Shown in pieces: positions 1-13,000 of a stretch of DNA of 64,000 bases; the stretch's first letter is position 1; each line of letters begins with the position of its first letter. The position numbers and the translations under genes were made by a program. The notes under the pieces are model-generated. The model saw nothing but the letters and a program-made list of their open reading frames with translations, was not told where the DNA came from and did not search any database. Where the stretch lies: positions 95,110,001-95,174,000 of the forward strand of contig NC_087472.1 of assembly GCF_036321535.1 (NCBI RefSeq). The letters run 5' to 3'. Source of the DNA: Camelus dromedarius (taxonomy: Eukaryota).

Positions 1-89
1 CACAATCTCCCAGAGTTCTCCAGCCAGATCAGACTTTATTTATGCACTGTGATAACTAGCTTGAAAAGCTTCCTTTTACAAGTTTTACT

Positions 90-203
90 TTCTTTCCATC
101 TAAATCTCACTTTCTCATTTTGCTGCTGGTGCTCACCTCCCAAAGTACTTGCACTCAAATCCTTGTCTCCAGGTCTGCTTCTGGGGGATCCTAAACTAAG
201 ATA
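90..203 (+). mobile_element. 3' end of an old ERVL-class LTR (LTR16-like)
   Basis: caaatccttgtctccaggtctgcttctgggggatcctaaactaaga resembles the typical LTR16/ERVL LTR 3' terminus; left boundary uncertain. Confidence 0.55.
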
Positions 204-559
204 TAATATAAAGATGATTAAAGCAAGATCTGTCATGAAGAGGTTTGGAAAGAATAGGCAGAGAAAGAGGAACAGTAGTGATTCTAAAGATGGAGGATGG
301 AGTTTTATAAGGACTTCATAAATAGGCCCTGCAATGAATTCCCTGGATTTAGCACTCTGTGCTTGCTAGGTGATCGTTGTAAAAGTACGTGGCAGCCATG
401 AACACTGGCTGCTCAGATCTTTCAAGCGAGGAGCTGCTGAAAAGCGTACAGTTGGCTGACAGCCTCTAGTTGTTACCACTTTGAGATTCTGTAGAATGCT
501 CATGCCAAGGCCACAGTTTCCCAGGGCTGCTTCCCAGTAGTGACTGGGCACAGCAGGCT

Positions 560-921
560 TGTCGGTCAAGGAGAACCAGAATCGGCACGGTCAGTTTACC
601 CGGCTGGGAGGGATGCCTTGGCAAGTTCCAAAGCTGGCAGGATGGCTGGAACTTTTGGGGCCCAGCTGAAGCGACAGTACCCTGGCAGAATTTCTTCTTC
701 CTCAGGGAAACCTACATTCTGCATTTAAGGCTTTTCACCTGATTGGATGAGCCTAACCTGACCCAGATTCTTAGGGCTTATCTCCTTTACGGAAAGTCAT
801 CTGATTATAGATGTTAATGACATCTATGAAATACCTTCACAGCAACACCTAGATTAATGTTTGAATAACTGAGTAGTTATTAATAACTTAGCCAGTTTGA
901 CACATAAAACTGATGATCACA
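560..921 (-). mobile_element. MLT2-family (ERVL) LTR relic
   Basis: Plus strand ends ...aataccttcacagcaacacctagattaatgtttga...ttagccagtttgacacataaaactgatgatcaca, the reverse complement of the MLT2 5' end (TGTGATGGTTAATTTTATGTGTCAACTTGGCTA). Confidence 0.75.
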
Positions 922-2093
922 GTGGATATATATTAGGTGCAAGCTACTTATGCCCTGTGTGGAATTCCTCCAGTGGGTGGTTAGTATCAGATAGGAAAAA
1001 ATTACTAAATTAGGACTCTAATAAGGAAGACATTCAAATGAGGACCAAGTCATTGTTCTGAAAGTAGAGTTCTTATTTTTGTTTTTTTTTTAATGCATTA
1101 CTACATTTGAAATACTGTCAAAAAGTATTATTAGTTTGTAAATTTTTCCCTTTCATTGATAATCGATTATAATTTTTAATCTTCTATTAATAGATTTAGA
1201 ATTAATCATTTAAAACACATCATCAAAGTTTAATGTGTATTAACAAAGCTCTGTGATAAATGTAAATTCCACAAACCCTAGTAAATAATTTTTCTCTGTT
1301 AATCATGTAAAATGTAGTGCCTGCTTTTCCCTATACTTCTGACAATTACAAATATAAATTGATAGTACTATAATTACTACACCACTGAAATTTAGAGGAA
1401 TAATTTCCAACATTTATAAATGGAACACTATTAGTAATATTACTAAATGTGAACTTCTGAAAATAAGTTCTTTTAGGTATTTACACATTAAACACTGCAG
1501 AATCACATGTTAGCATTTATAAGCCATTATTTATTCACTTTATTAGCAATTAGTTTCAAAAATTACTCCTATTATTGTATTCTTCACAATGTAAATTAAA
1601 TCTCACCCATCAATTTAACTTCAGGAAACTGCCTCACTGAGCAAGCAAGGTATCAACTCGAATGGCTTGTCATAGCTCATTATTGCTAAAATTTGCTAGT
1701 ATTTTTCATTTTTTGAAAATGTGGTTTTATATTCAGTAGGCCAAAGTTGGTTCGTGAATATATTTATATTTAGTTTTGACTCTGCAATAAACTAGGCATG
1801 TATTACAATTCTTCCAGACAGCCACCTTGGTTGTAGGGAGTGCATTATAGCTCTTAACAACATCAAGGTGGCCTGGTTAACTATCCTTATAAGGCCATTT
1901 CCAGCCTCCCATGGAGAAAGAGTACATATCTGCCTAGAGAGCCATGATTGAAAATTCTCATAGTCTTCTCAGTCTCAGAGTATTTCATTCACCCATTTTC
2001 ATGGTGTAGCCCTGGTTTTACCAACCCAGAAATTCCATCATTACTAAGCTATTCATTGTTGAGCTAACAAAAGCAAGGACATATTCACTGGAA

Positions 2094-2284
2094 CTGTATT
2101 GGCTAATTATAATAGCCACTAGCCACAAATAGTTACTTTTTAATTAATTAAACATAAATAAAATTCAGTTCTTCAGTTGTAGTATCCCCATTTCAGGTGT
2201 TCAATATCCACATGTGGTTGGTAGCTACCGTGTTGGACAAAGGAGAGCATTTCCATCACAAGAAAATTGTCTTAGACAGCACTG
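2094..2284 (-). mobile_element. MER3 (hAT-Charlie) non-autonomous DNA transposon
   Basis: tagccactagccaca, aaaattcagttcttcagtt, ccacatgtggttggtagctaccgtgttggaca and gacagcactg match MER3 motifs; about 190 bp. Confidence 0.8.
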
Positions 2285-2404
2285 CTCTAAAAGGTCTATA
2301 AAGTGTCTGGTTAATAACTTGGGTCTTCGTTAAGATTCAAGTTACATTTCATGACAGCCTCAGATGAATCTAACATTACATATTCATGTGTGTTATTCTT
2401 TGTT

Positions 2405-2520
2405 AACTGTCACAGCAGTCCTGATAAGTAGGTATTGTTCTCATTTTAGAGATGGGAAAACTGAGGCTATGTACAACACGAGGGTAAACAGCAAGCTGAT
2501 CGATGCTCTTTTCACCATAA
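2405..2520 (-). mobile_element. MIR SINE fragment
   Basis: MIR core motif cattttagagatgggaaaactgaggct. Confidence 0.6.
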
Positions 2521-4179
2521 CATGCTGCCTCAAAGAGAGAAACATACTCCTAGACATCCTGAAGAAGCAGCATGAGAAAATGATGCCCGAGAGAGTGCTC
2601 ACTGTGGAATTGTCTTCTCTGAGGTAAGGGCACTAAAATTAGAATGTTGGAGACTGAGAGGAATGATATGGAGGGTGGACTAAGAGCAAACGTAGACCAG
2701 AGGGCTCTATCCAGAAGGAACACTTGGGTGTTTTTTCTTTCACTGTCCAGTATGTGCTAGTGTTCTATCCTAAGGCAAAATGTAAAGTATATAAGCCCTT
2801 TATGCATTAATGTAGATTTCATAGCATTATTTACAGAATGGGAAAGATAGAAACTACTTAAATATCTAATAACATAAATATACTTAATGAAACTCAATAG
2901 AATACTCTCCAGCCACTGGAAACAATTGTTAGGAAACCGATATAATAACATAGAGAAGCGTTTTGATGTACTTCTCAGTTCAAAAGGTATTGCTAATTCA
3001 ACAAACATATATACAAGAAAGCTGACAATATTAATGAAAAGTGCACCAAAATTTGCTTGGAGAGACATGAAGTGCTAACAACTTGAACGACTGAGTAATT
3101 AGAATTTATTCTTCCCTTTATATTTTAATACTTAAATTACATGAATTGTACAGATAAGACATGTCTAATAACCTTAAACATCAGGACAATTTGGAAATAG
3201 TCACAAATTAAATGGGAAGAGACAGTAGATTTGAAGGTCTTTGATTAAGGTCCACTGGTTGTGTAATAAAGCAGCTTTGCTTTCCTTAAGTGCTCACCAC
3301 ACCTACATACCTTCCCCCACAATACGTACACATAAATCATCTCCCAGTCTATTCATTGGTGTTATTTTTAAGTGTATCTGTCGAATCAAACCTACATATG
3401 ACAGTACTATAGTATTTGGATAATCTATCAAAGGAAAAATTCTTCTCTCACTCAGTTATGTACACATGATTGCCAGATATTTTCAGGCTAGTGTCTGTAG
3501 GAAGCTGTTATTAGGAATTAGAACTAGGGCTAGAAAATGTCGTATCTGGGAGCTATTTGAGAAAATCATATAAGGGCTGTAGAAAGTTATCATACACATG
3601 CTCCCCGGAAGAAAATAATTGCATAAATTATGGTGTCTTAACATCAATTTATCCCACTCACCTGCACATTTCACCATAATGTGAACACATGCAGGGACAT
3701 TAATGCATTACACTTTAGATTTGATTTTCAAGACTGAAAAATAAATATCTCAACATCAAAATGAGTCTTCTAAAGAGAAATACTTCTCATCCCTTTTAAT
3801 ACAGATAAATTCTTAAAAAAGCAGTTGAGGTTTATGAACTTCAATAACATATTTCATGAAAAAAATGAAAATGTACATTCATCTTCAAAAAAGTTTTTTT
3901 TTTTAATTTAATGATTTTGCTTTCATTTCCTTGCTGCAAAATGAGAAGAGTAAAATGACACTGAGAAGTTCTGGTGGAGTATCTTCACCAAGGTATCCCT
4001 CCTACATGCAAAATGGGAAAATTTAGCTCACTCCTATTAAAGGTCGATAAATCAGATTTTTAGAAAGAATCTTAGAAAGTGCACGGTTTTGCACTGGTGA
4101 AAAAAAAACAAGAAGAAACTTGGCTGAATGTTTGTTTTGAATGCATTGTTGAAGTATGGAGTGGATCCCCAATCCATCC

Positions 4180-4235
4180 AGCTTCCGGGGTGCACGTTTC
4201 CCGCAGGGGAGGGTCTGGGGAGGGGAGGAAATGCT
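4180..4235. promoter_or_regulatory. Candidate cis-regulatory motif cluster (ETS, HRE core, E2F, Sp/KLF)
   Basis: CTTCCGG 4182-4188, CACGT 4193-4197, TTTCCCGC 4197-4204 and GGGGAGGGG 4217-4225 in a short GC-rich, CpG-retaining patch of apparently unique DNA. Confidence 0.3.
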
Positions 4236-5899
4236 TCTGTCGGGGCATTGTTCATGTTGTCACTTTTCTGCCTTTGAAGTTAAACTGAGAAAAATCTCTG
4301 TTTCTCAAAGTAGGTACTGTTACTACCTCTATTCCAGTAGTCAGTAGTGGAGTCACCCTTCCTCTGAGTCCACTGAATCAGGAACAAAGTTCAGGACATT
4401 TTAATCATCTTAGTATTCAATACTGTTTTTTCTTCCTAAGATCTCTGAGGAAAAATGAGCTCATTTCCACATCTAGGTACTGTGGAAAAGATGCCTCATC
4501 TCAAGGGATAGATTATTCATTTATTCAAAAATGTAAATTCCAAATTGATCTTTCTCTACTATTTGAAGTCACTGTAGTTCTTCCTGAGTTAGTATTTCTG
4601 AAATACGACACATCCATCCATTAATCCAATTAGGCCTCCTTGAATTTATAGGCCTTTCTCTCTGATTTAAGTTGCCATTTTGTTAATATTTTACACATGG
4701 TAATGAATTCAAGTGACACTGAAAGTTTGTCCCATAAAATTAGTTATATTTCAAAGTTATAAATAATCTCTAAATGCTAATTTAAAACTTTCTATCTGAA
4801 AATAGAAGTCCTCTTTTACACACACTCTTCACTGCTCATGGTATGAATGGATTTAGTAGTTGCTATTTCACTTAGAAGTATCAGTGTTCTTCTGGACACA
4901 CAGAACTTAAGACACTGCCCTCTGGGTGCTCTTGAAAATTGACTGTAACATCACTGACTGGAGATTCTTACATTTTGTAGAATCTAGACATGTCATTTTG
5001 CTTAGTTATTGCATTAATTGTATATGCAGTTAGATAGATCTTTTTTCCCACGTGAGTTTGTTGTTGTTGTTGTTAGAATTGCGTAGATCGTATCTTTGAA
5101 AGCATTTAGAACACTTTGCTAACATCCTGTTATATCATCACCAAGGTTTGTAAGGGTGACAAGAAACAAATGAACAAATGAAGGTAGACATTTCTTTCAT
5201 GGAAGTAAGGAAAAGTAAAGCAATGCCTTGGTACCAAGTAAAGATCCGTACTTAAAAGTTGAGGGCCGTGTTGGATAGATGTGAATCTTGAAAGCTCAGC
5301 TTTATATGCAGTGACATAATTTAGAATACTAATATGTTACCTGCTTGAGTCTATCATAAAGCATTTTGGTAGGAGACACAAACATTCACACAATGAATTA
5401 GACCTCATGATCTGTTTCCAAATCTGATAAATATGTGTGACATTTTTATATTATATTTCTTTTACCTCCTGTCTCTGTTGATAAAAACCTCTTTTTGTTT
5501 TTAAGACCAGTATTTTTCCAGTGAAATAATGGTTGTATTTTTTCATATCCAATATATTTAATCTAAGTTCTTAAAATAATTACGGTGATGAACAGGGTAT
5601 TCAGGTAACATTTATCCCTGTCTAAGAGAGTATCTATGCAAAATCATTTGTTAAAAAAATACCTGGAGGCAAATGAATACTTCTAGAGTGAAGAGTGATT
5701 GTCCCACAATACTGGGTTGACAGCTGAACAGGTCTTATCACAAAAAGGCAGAATGTGGAATCTAACCAAGTAAAATAGTTTTCAGCTATTAGATGGCTGG
5801 GGAGAAAAAGGTTGATTCCACAAAGTTCCAAAAAGACAAATAAATGCTTAGCAGTACCATACTTATGAGTACTACCTCCTTTCTCAAAGATACAAAAGC

Positions 5900-6367
5900 A
5901 TAAAGTAATAGTGGAAGACAGGGAACTGTTCCAGAAGAAAAGAAACTAGATAGAGATTCAACATTCAGTTAATATGTGGCCTTTGTTTCAATTCTGATTC
6001 AAACAAACCAACTATAAAAAGACATCTTTGATACAGAAATCTAAAAAAAGCTTAGTATGAAATTACTATTAAGGACTTATTACTAAGTATATTAGATGGT
6101 GGAGATATATATCACACACACATATGAATTTGTGTATTAATCAGAGATGCATACTAAATTATTTATGGGTAAAATGAAAAGTTTTCTGAGATTTACCTTA
6201 AAGGAGTCCAGAAAAATCAATAAGTAAAAAGGGGGTAAATGAAACAATGAAAGATTGGTCTGATATTGATAAATGTTGAAGTTGGTTGATGGATGCATGA
6301 GGCTAGTTGTGTTTTTGTAAGTTTGTGTATATTTGAAAATTTCAACAATAATATCTTTTAAAAAAAT
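5900..6367 (+). mobile_element. Old L1M (L1MC/MD-like) 3' UTR fragment
   Basis: ctgattcaaacaaaccaactataaaaagacat, gagatgcatactaaattatttatgggtaaaatg and tgtgtatatttgaaaatttcaacaataa followed by an A-run. Confidence 0.65.
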
Positions 6368-6981
6368 AGCTAAATGGGCAGTCCAGTAGGCAGGGAACAA
6401 TTCTGTCAGATACTAGAGGACCAGACAGAAACAGGGTGGTTCCAGAGATTGCCACTCAGGCAGATAAATACAGAATAATTAACAGTTATGAATAGGTCAG
6501 GAGGGTCCAGAATCAATTGTCCACAAAGTCAGGAAGGGGAATCATATCAACCCGCTCTGCTCTAGCTCTGAGTTTTCTCCCTGTTCTTTTTCACACCACC
6601 TGTGCCAGGGGACAGCCTGGGGCCTGCAGCGCCCATTATACCTTAAAAAAACAAACAGGGGCCTGGATCTGATTCCTGTCTTTCTCAGCTATAAAGATTA
6701 GGAGACTGAGACACAAGGATTTCCATACAGAATCAGATAGTAAAATTCTATTTGCTTATTTGAAAGGAAGAAGGAAAAGGAAACTCTTCAATAAAAACAT
6801 TTTTACAAAAATGCAGTTCATGGTTTAGTTCTATTGTTATACAGATAAGACATAAAATAGATGTTTGCTTTCTGAACTAATTCATAGAGAAGCTAGGATA
6901 AAGGAGGAGGGAGAAGCCTCCCTTGGAGCATTTTTATTGACAAAAGAAAATCACCCTGAAACTTTATAGAAATGAGATCTT

Positions 6982-7267
6982 ATTTTTTTAAAATATATTT
7001 TTATTGAAGTACAGTTTACAATGTTGTGTCAATTTCTGGTGTACAGCACAATACTTCAGTCATACATGAGCATACATGTATTCGTTTTCATATTTTTCAC
7101 CATAAGTTACTACAAGATACTGAATATGATTCTCTGTGCTATAGTATGAACTTGTTGTTTATCTATTTTATATATAGTATCTACAAATCTCGAACTCCCA
7201 ATTTATCCCTTCCTACCCCCTTCCCCCTCTGGTAACTGTAAGTTTGTTTTCTATCTCTGTGAGTCTG
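6982..7267 (-). mobile_element. 5'-truncated lineage-specific L1 (3' terminal 286 nt)
   Basis: T-rich tail then tttattgaagtacagtttacaatgttgtgtcaatttctggtgtacag; TSD agaaat(g/c)agatctt at 6968-6981 and 7268-7281. Confidence 0.9.
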
Positions 7268-7639
7268 AGAAATCAGATCTTCTTGAGATAAACTTAGATA
7301 TCTTATAAACACTCAATTCAACATCATATTATACTAATTAATATCCTCTGTAAATCAACTCTTATTTCTGACTTTTGGCTCTGTTTTTAGTAACATTATC
7401 TCAGTCATTCAATTTCAGAATTCCAGAGAGACCTGTGACTTTCTTTTGCAACAAAACAAAACAACTTCTAATGCAGTATTTCCTTAATCCCTTTTCTCTT
7501 ACATGTACTGTTACTGGTCCAAATCAGGCTCTGATAATTTTCTCATGGACAGTTATACTTGTCTGATTATCTGGAAATCTCACTTTCATTATTCCCCAGA
7601 AAGCATTACTTCATTAAATACTGTTTATTTCATATGCCC

Positions 7640-7958
7640 TCTGTGGAGTGGAAATGCTGTGTTTAGCAAACGGTTCTCTCAACTGTGATTCAGCCACTTG
7701 CTGTGGATTTTACTTTCCCCACTGGATGGAAATGACAGTGATACCAGGGACCTTGAAATATGTGGATTCAGAATGCCTGAGGTACCTCACAGTCCAGGGT
7801 CCCTCACAGCCCTGGGTCCCTAGCTATCCTCATGAAGCCACACTCATCTACTTGTTCTAGACTTTGTGTAAAGAGAAGAAACACGCCTATCTTACTAAAG
7901 CCAAGGTTTTTAGGATATCTCTTTGTTGCGGTAGTCTAATATGTGCCTTAATTAACAC
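7640..7958 (+). mobile_element. MLT1 (MaLR) LTR relic
   Basis: Ends taaagccaagg...ctctttgttgcggtagtc...ccttaattaacaca, typical of old MLT1 3' ends. Confidence 0.5.
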
Positions 7959-10094
7959 AGAGAAAGAGTAAAGTTATTTTAAGCAATGCCATGAAAAATA
8001 CAGCTCAATTCCGCATTTTTTCCCTAGAAAACCAAACTTTGTAAGAAACTCTGTTAAAAGCTGAACATTACCAAGTTTGCAGGAGATGTATTTGGTAGCA
8101 TTGTTTACAACAGTTTTCTGCCAAAATGTCGCTCTGGAGTTCTAGGAATTTAAATGCAAATGACAAAGTGAACTTTGTACTTAGATTACCATGGGCATTC
8201 TAAATTTAGCATGTCCAAAACTAACTCCAACTTCTACACTTCCCCTCACATCCCATTAACTTGAACTTGACCACATGGCCCCATGCCAGCTTAAACTCAG
8301 AGGATTCTATTACTGAAAGGAAAGAGGTTGTAATGGATATGGAGGAGAACTGGCAGTCTCTGCCAAATCTTTACCTAATAGAGCTCATATTTCTAACCTG
8401 TGCATTCAATTGGATCTGCATTCCAATGCCAGGCTACTTTTCAAGAGTCAATGAAAGGATTCGAGTGAGTTTGTAAAGTGCACTTCATGCTTTCCCAGCT
8501 CTTTGAAAATGAATAGAAATATTCTAGGAACATTGTTTACCTTTAAAGCTTACCCACCAAAATTTTGCCAATTATTGAAGACCCAAACCAAATTCTGCTA
8601 TCACACAGCTTTCTAGATCCTTTCGACTTTCCCCTAATCATATATCCATCCATACAATAAACAGATGCTTAGGCATCATCACTATGCCAAGCTTTGGATT
8701 AAGTCTTAGGGAATTTTAGGTGATTAAGAACATGTTCCTGCCTAGACAGTGTCACTCTCACTCTTCTGTAATTGTTTCATTTAATCAACTAATAGAGTTG
8801 TCACATTCTGTATTTAATTGAAATTATTTGTTCACATGATCAGTTTTTATTTCATCAGTTCCTTCAGGGCCAGGAACCATACCTTGATTTTTTTTTTTTA
8901 ATCTCCTCAACCTTTAACAAAAGAACATTACCTATTAAAGTCACAGAGTGAATCAGCCAAAAGAGTGAATGAAAGAAAAAATTGTATTCTCAGTATTCTC
9001 ACATGCATCTCTTATATTAAAGTTCTGTGATTCACTACTTTTCAGAATGACTTTGCTTCATAGTGAACCACATTATTTGCTTTCAAATTTGTTATGACTG
9101 CCCAAATCAAAGTAGGCTTTGTGGTTTAAATCTAGAAATATTTTTCAATCAGCTAGTTTCTGAGACAGTATAAAATGGATATTTCAGAATAGAATAAACT
9201 GGGCTTCTGGCACTTTAAACACGGACATCTCTTTCTTAGCTCTCGTGATACCTCATTAAAATTATGAGACATGGACTAGAAACATATAAGGCCACAACAA
9301 CATGGAACTAGAACCATGGAACTATAGTATATTTTATGTATTTATTGTACACACAATACACACTATTGGTTCTCTTTTTCTGGAGAACCCTGATTAATAC
9401 AAGAAGTGATCCAAAAATTCACTTAGAGTAATGGAACAAAAAAACCAAGGTTTAAAATGTTTGAAAGGGAGCAAGAGGTGAGTGGAAAGAATTGAGATTA
9501 CTGATATAAAACTGACTTGGCAGGAGTAGAAAGAGGTTATGGGATGTTGTTAATAAGCCAATTGCTCATCATCAATAGAGAAAACCATGGATAGATTGTA
9601 GAATTAATAGTTTAAAATTATATATAGTATTTTAAAATAGGACAGTAGTCTTAAAAAGTACTGAAAGCAGAAAATATTCAAAAATTTTTTTCTCTCAAAT
9701 TGGAGGGTGGAGGGGTGATAATGCAAAGATGGGATGATTAAGGGCAGGAGACTACTGATGATATTGTACACCTTTCTGTATACTATTTGATTTGAAAACA
9801 CAGATGTATGACTGGCGAAATTATAAGGTGATTTTTATAAGAATGAATGAAATACATAATTTTCAGAAAAGCTAAACAAAGCTAATAAGGCTATAAATCC
9901 TCATTTTATTTCTTTATGCAAAATTGTGTTTCCTATTAAAGAGCTGATGGCCAGAGTTGTCCTTTGTTTCCTGATACTGAATGGAAGTCATGTTTATCAT
10001 CCACATGGGATCATTCATAAAAATAACTATATTGCTTTTTTTAAATCAAGATTTTATAAAATTAATAATTTTTACTGCTTAGCCAAGGAAATTC

Positions 10095-13000
10095 TTTTTT
10101 TCTTACTGAAATATAGTTGATACATAATATATTAGTTTCAGCTGGACAACATAGTAATTCAGTATTTTTATAGATAAATGCCATTGAAAGTTATTACAAA
10201 ATAATGGCTATGTTTCCCTGTGCTGTACAATATACCTTTGTTGCTTATTTATTTTATATGTAGTAGTTTATGTCTCTTAATATCATATCCCCATATCACC
10301 CTTTCTCCTTCCCTCTCCTTCAGTAAGAACTGGTTTGTTCTCTATACCTGAGTCTGTTTCTATTGTTACATACATTTGTTGGCTTTTTTTTTTAGCTTCC
10401 ACATGTAAGTGATACATACAGTATTTATATTTCTCAGTCTGACGACTTTTACTTAGCATAATGCCCTCCAAGTCCATCCACATTGCTGCAAATGGCAAAA
10501 TTTCATTCATTTTAATGGCTGAGTAATACTCTATTGTATATGTATATACAGCATCTTCTTTATCTATTTGTAGATGGACACTTGGGTTGCTTCCGTGTCT
10601 TGATTATTGTAAATAATGCTACTGTTTACATTGGGGTGCGTGTATCTTTTCAAATTAGTATTTTCGTGTTCTTTGGATATATACCTAGCAGTGGAATAGC
10701 TGGATCATGTGGTAATTTTTAGATGAACCTCCATACTGTTTTCCATAGTGGCTGCACCAATTTACAATTGTACCAACAGTGTAGGAGGGCTCCCTTTTAT
10801 CAACATCCTCACCAATATTTGTTATTTGTAGACTTTCAGATGATAGCCATTCTGACAGGTGGGAGGTAATATCTCATTGCGGTTTTGATTTGCATTTCTC
10901 TGATGATTAGCTATGTTGAGCATTTTTTTGTGCCTGTTGAACATCTGTGTATCTTCTTTGGAAAAATGTCTATTCAGGTCTTCTCATTTTTTAATCAGGT
11001 ACTTTGTTTTTTTGATATTGAGTTGTAAAAGCTATTTATATATTTTAGATATTAACCCCATATTGTTCATATCATTTGCAAATATTTTCTCCCATTCAGT
11101 AGGTTGTCTTTTCGTTTTGTTGATGGTTTCCTTTGCTGCGCTTTAAAAAGCCTTTAAGTTTAATTAGGTCCCAGTTGTTTATATTTGCTTTTATTTCATT
11201 TGCCTTAGGAGGCAGATCCAAAGAAATATTGCTGTGATTTATGTCTAAGAGTGTCCTATGTTCTCTTCTAGGAGTTTTATGGTTTCCAGTCACCTTTTGG
11301 TCTTTAATTAATTTTTAACTTATTTTTGAATATGGTTTGAGGAAATGTTCTAATCTCATTCTTTTTATATTTTAATGGAGGTACTGGGGTTTTAACCCAG
11401 GACCTCATGCATGCTAAGCGTGTGCTCTACCACTGAGCTATACCCACCCCCCTCTAATCACATTCTTTTACATGTAGCTGTCCAGTTTTCCCAGCACCAC
11501 TTATTAAAGAGACTGTCTTTTCTCCATTGTATATTCTTGACCCCTTTCTTGTAGACGAAATGACCGTAAGCCCATGGGTTTATTCCTGGGCTCTCTATTC
11601 TGTTCCATTGACCTATGTATTTGTTTTTGTGCTAGTACCATGCTGTTATGATTACTGTGGCTTTGTAGTATAGTCTGAAGTCAGGGACCTAGATACCTCT
11701 AGCATTGTTCTTTCTTCTCATTACTTCTTTGGCAATTTGAGGTCTTTTGTGGTTGCATGTAAATTTTAGGATAATTTATTCTATAACTGTGAAAAATGTC
11801 ATGGGTATTTTGATAGGGATTGCATTAACTATGTAAAATGCTTTGCACAGTATGACCATTTGAAAATACTCTTCTGATCCAGGAGCCCAAAGAGCTTTCT
11901 GTTTGTATCATTTTGAAATTCCTTCATCAGTGTTATATACTTTTCAGAATATAAGTCTTTCACCACAAATATGTTTATTTTCAGGTATTTCATTCTTTTT
12001 GATGCAGTTGTAATGGGATTCTTTCCTTAATTTCTCTTTGTATCATTATTAGTATGTAGAAAAGCAGTAGGTTTTTTTTTTTTTTAATCCTGTATTCTGA
12101 AACTTTACCGAATTTGTTTATTATTTCCAGTTTGGATGCCTTTTATTTCTTTTTCTTGTCCAAGTGGCAAGAGTGGGCCTATCTTCCTGATTTTAGAAGA
12201 AAGGCTTTAGGCTTTTCACCATTGAGTGTGATATTAGCTGTGGGCTGTCATAAATCGCCTTTATTTACCAACCCTGATGAGAGTTTTTACCATGAATGGA
12301 TGTTGAATTTTGTCAAATAATTTTTCTATGTCTATTGAGATGTCATATGATTTTTTTTTATCCTTCCTTTTGTTAATGTGGTGTATCACATTGATTTGCA
12401 AATGTTGAACCATCCTTGCATCCTTGGAATAAATCTCAGTTGATCATGGTGTATGATCCTTTTTATGTTTTTGGATTTGGTTTGCTAGTATTTTGTTGAG
12501 AATTTTTGCATCTATATTCATCAGAGATATTGGCCTGTAATTTTCTATTTGTGTTGTATCCCCTTATCTGGTTTTGGTATCAAGGTAATAATGGTGGTCT
12601 CCTGAAGTGAATTTGGAAGTGTTCTGTCCTCTACAATTTTTGGAATCATTTGAGAAGGGTAGGTATTAGCTATTCTTTATATATTTGGTTGAATTTCCCT
12701 ATGAAGCCACCTGGTCCTGGACATTTATTTGCTGAAGTTCTGTTTTTTTTTTACAAATTCAGTTTCACTCTACTAATCAGTCTGTTCAGATTGTCTATTT
12801 GTTCGTGATTACATCTTGGAAGGTTGTGTTTCTAGAAATTTGTGCATTTCTCTCCTAGGTTATCCAATTTGTTGGCATATAATGCTCATAGTATATTATA
12901 TTACGATTTTTTCTATCTCTGTGGTATTGGTTGGTATTTCTCCTCTTTCTTATTTGGTTTATTTGGGTCTTTTTTCTTCTGAATGAGCCTGGATAAAGGT

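Noticed and set aside
2554..2629. Plus-strand exon ending at a strong GAG/GTAAGG donor
   Set aside because: The acceptor is weak and purine-rich, next to a MIR, and no partner exons were identified.
11377..11452. tRNA-Ala(AGC) gene
   Set aside because: Degenerate B box and stems, an A-rich tail and a TSD mark it as a SINE; the same applies to the head of the copy near 18613-18690.
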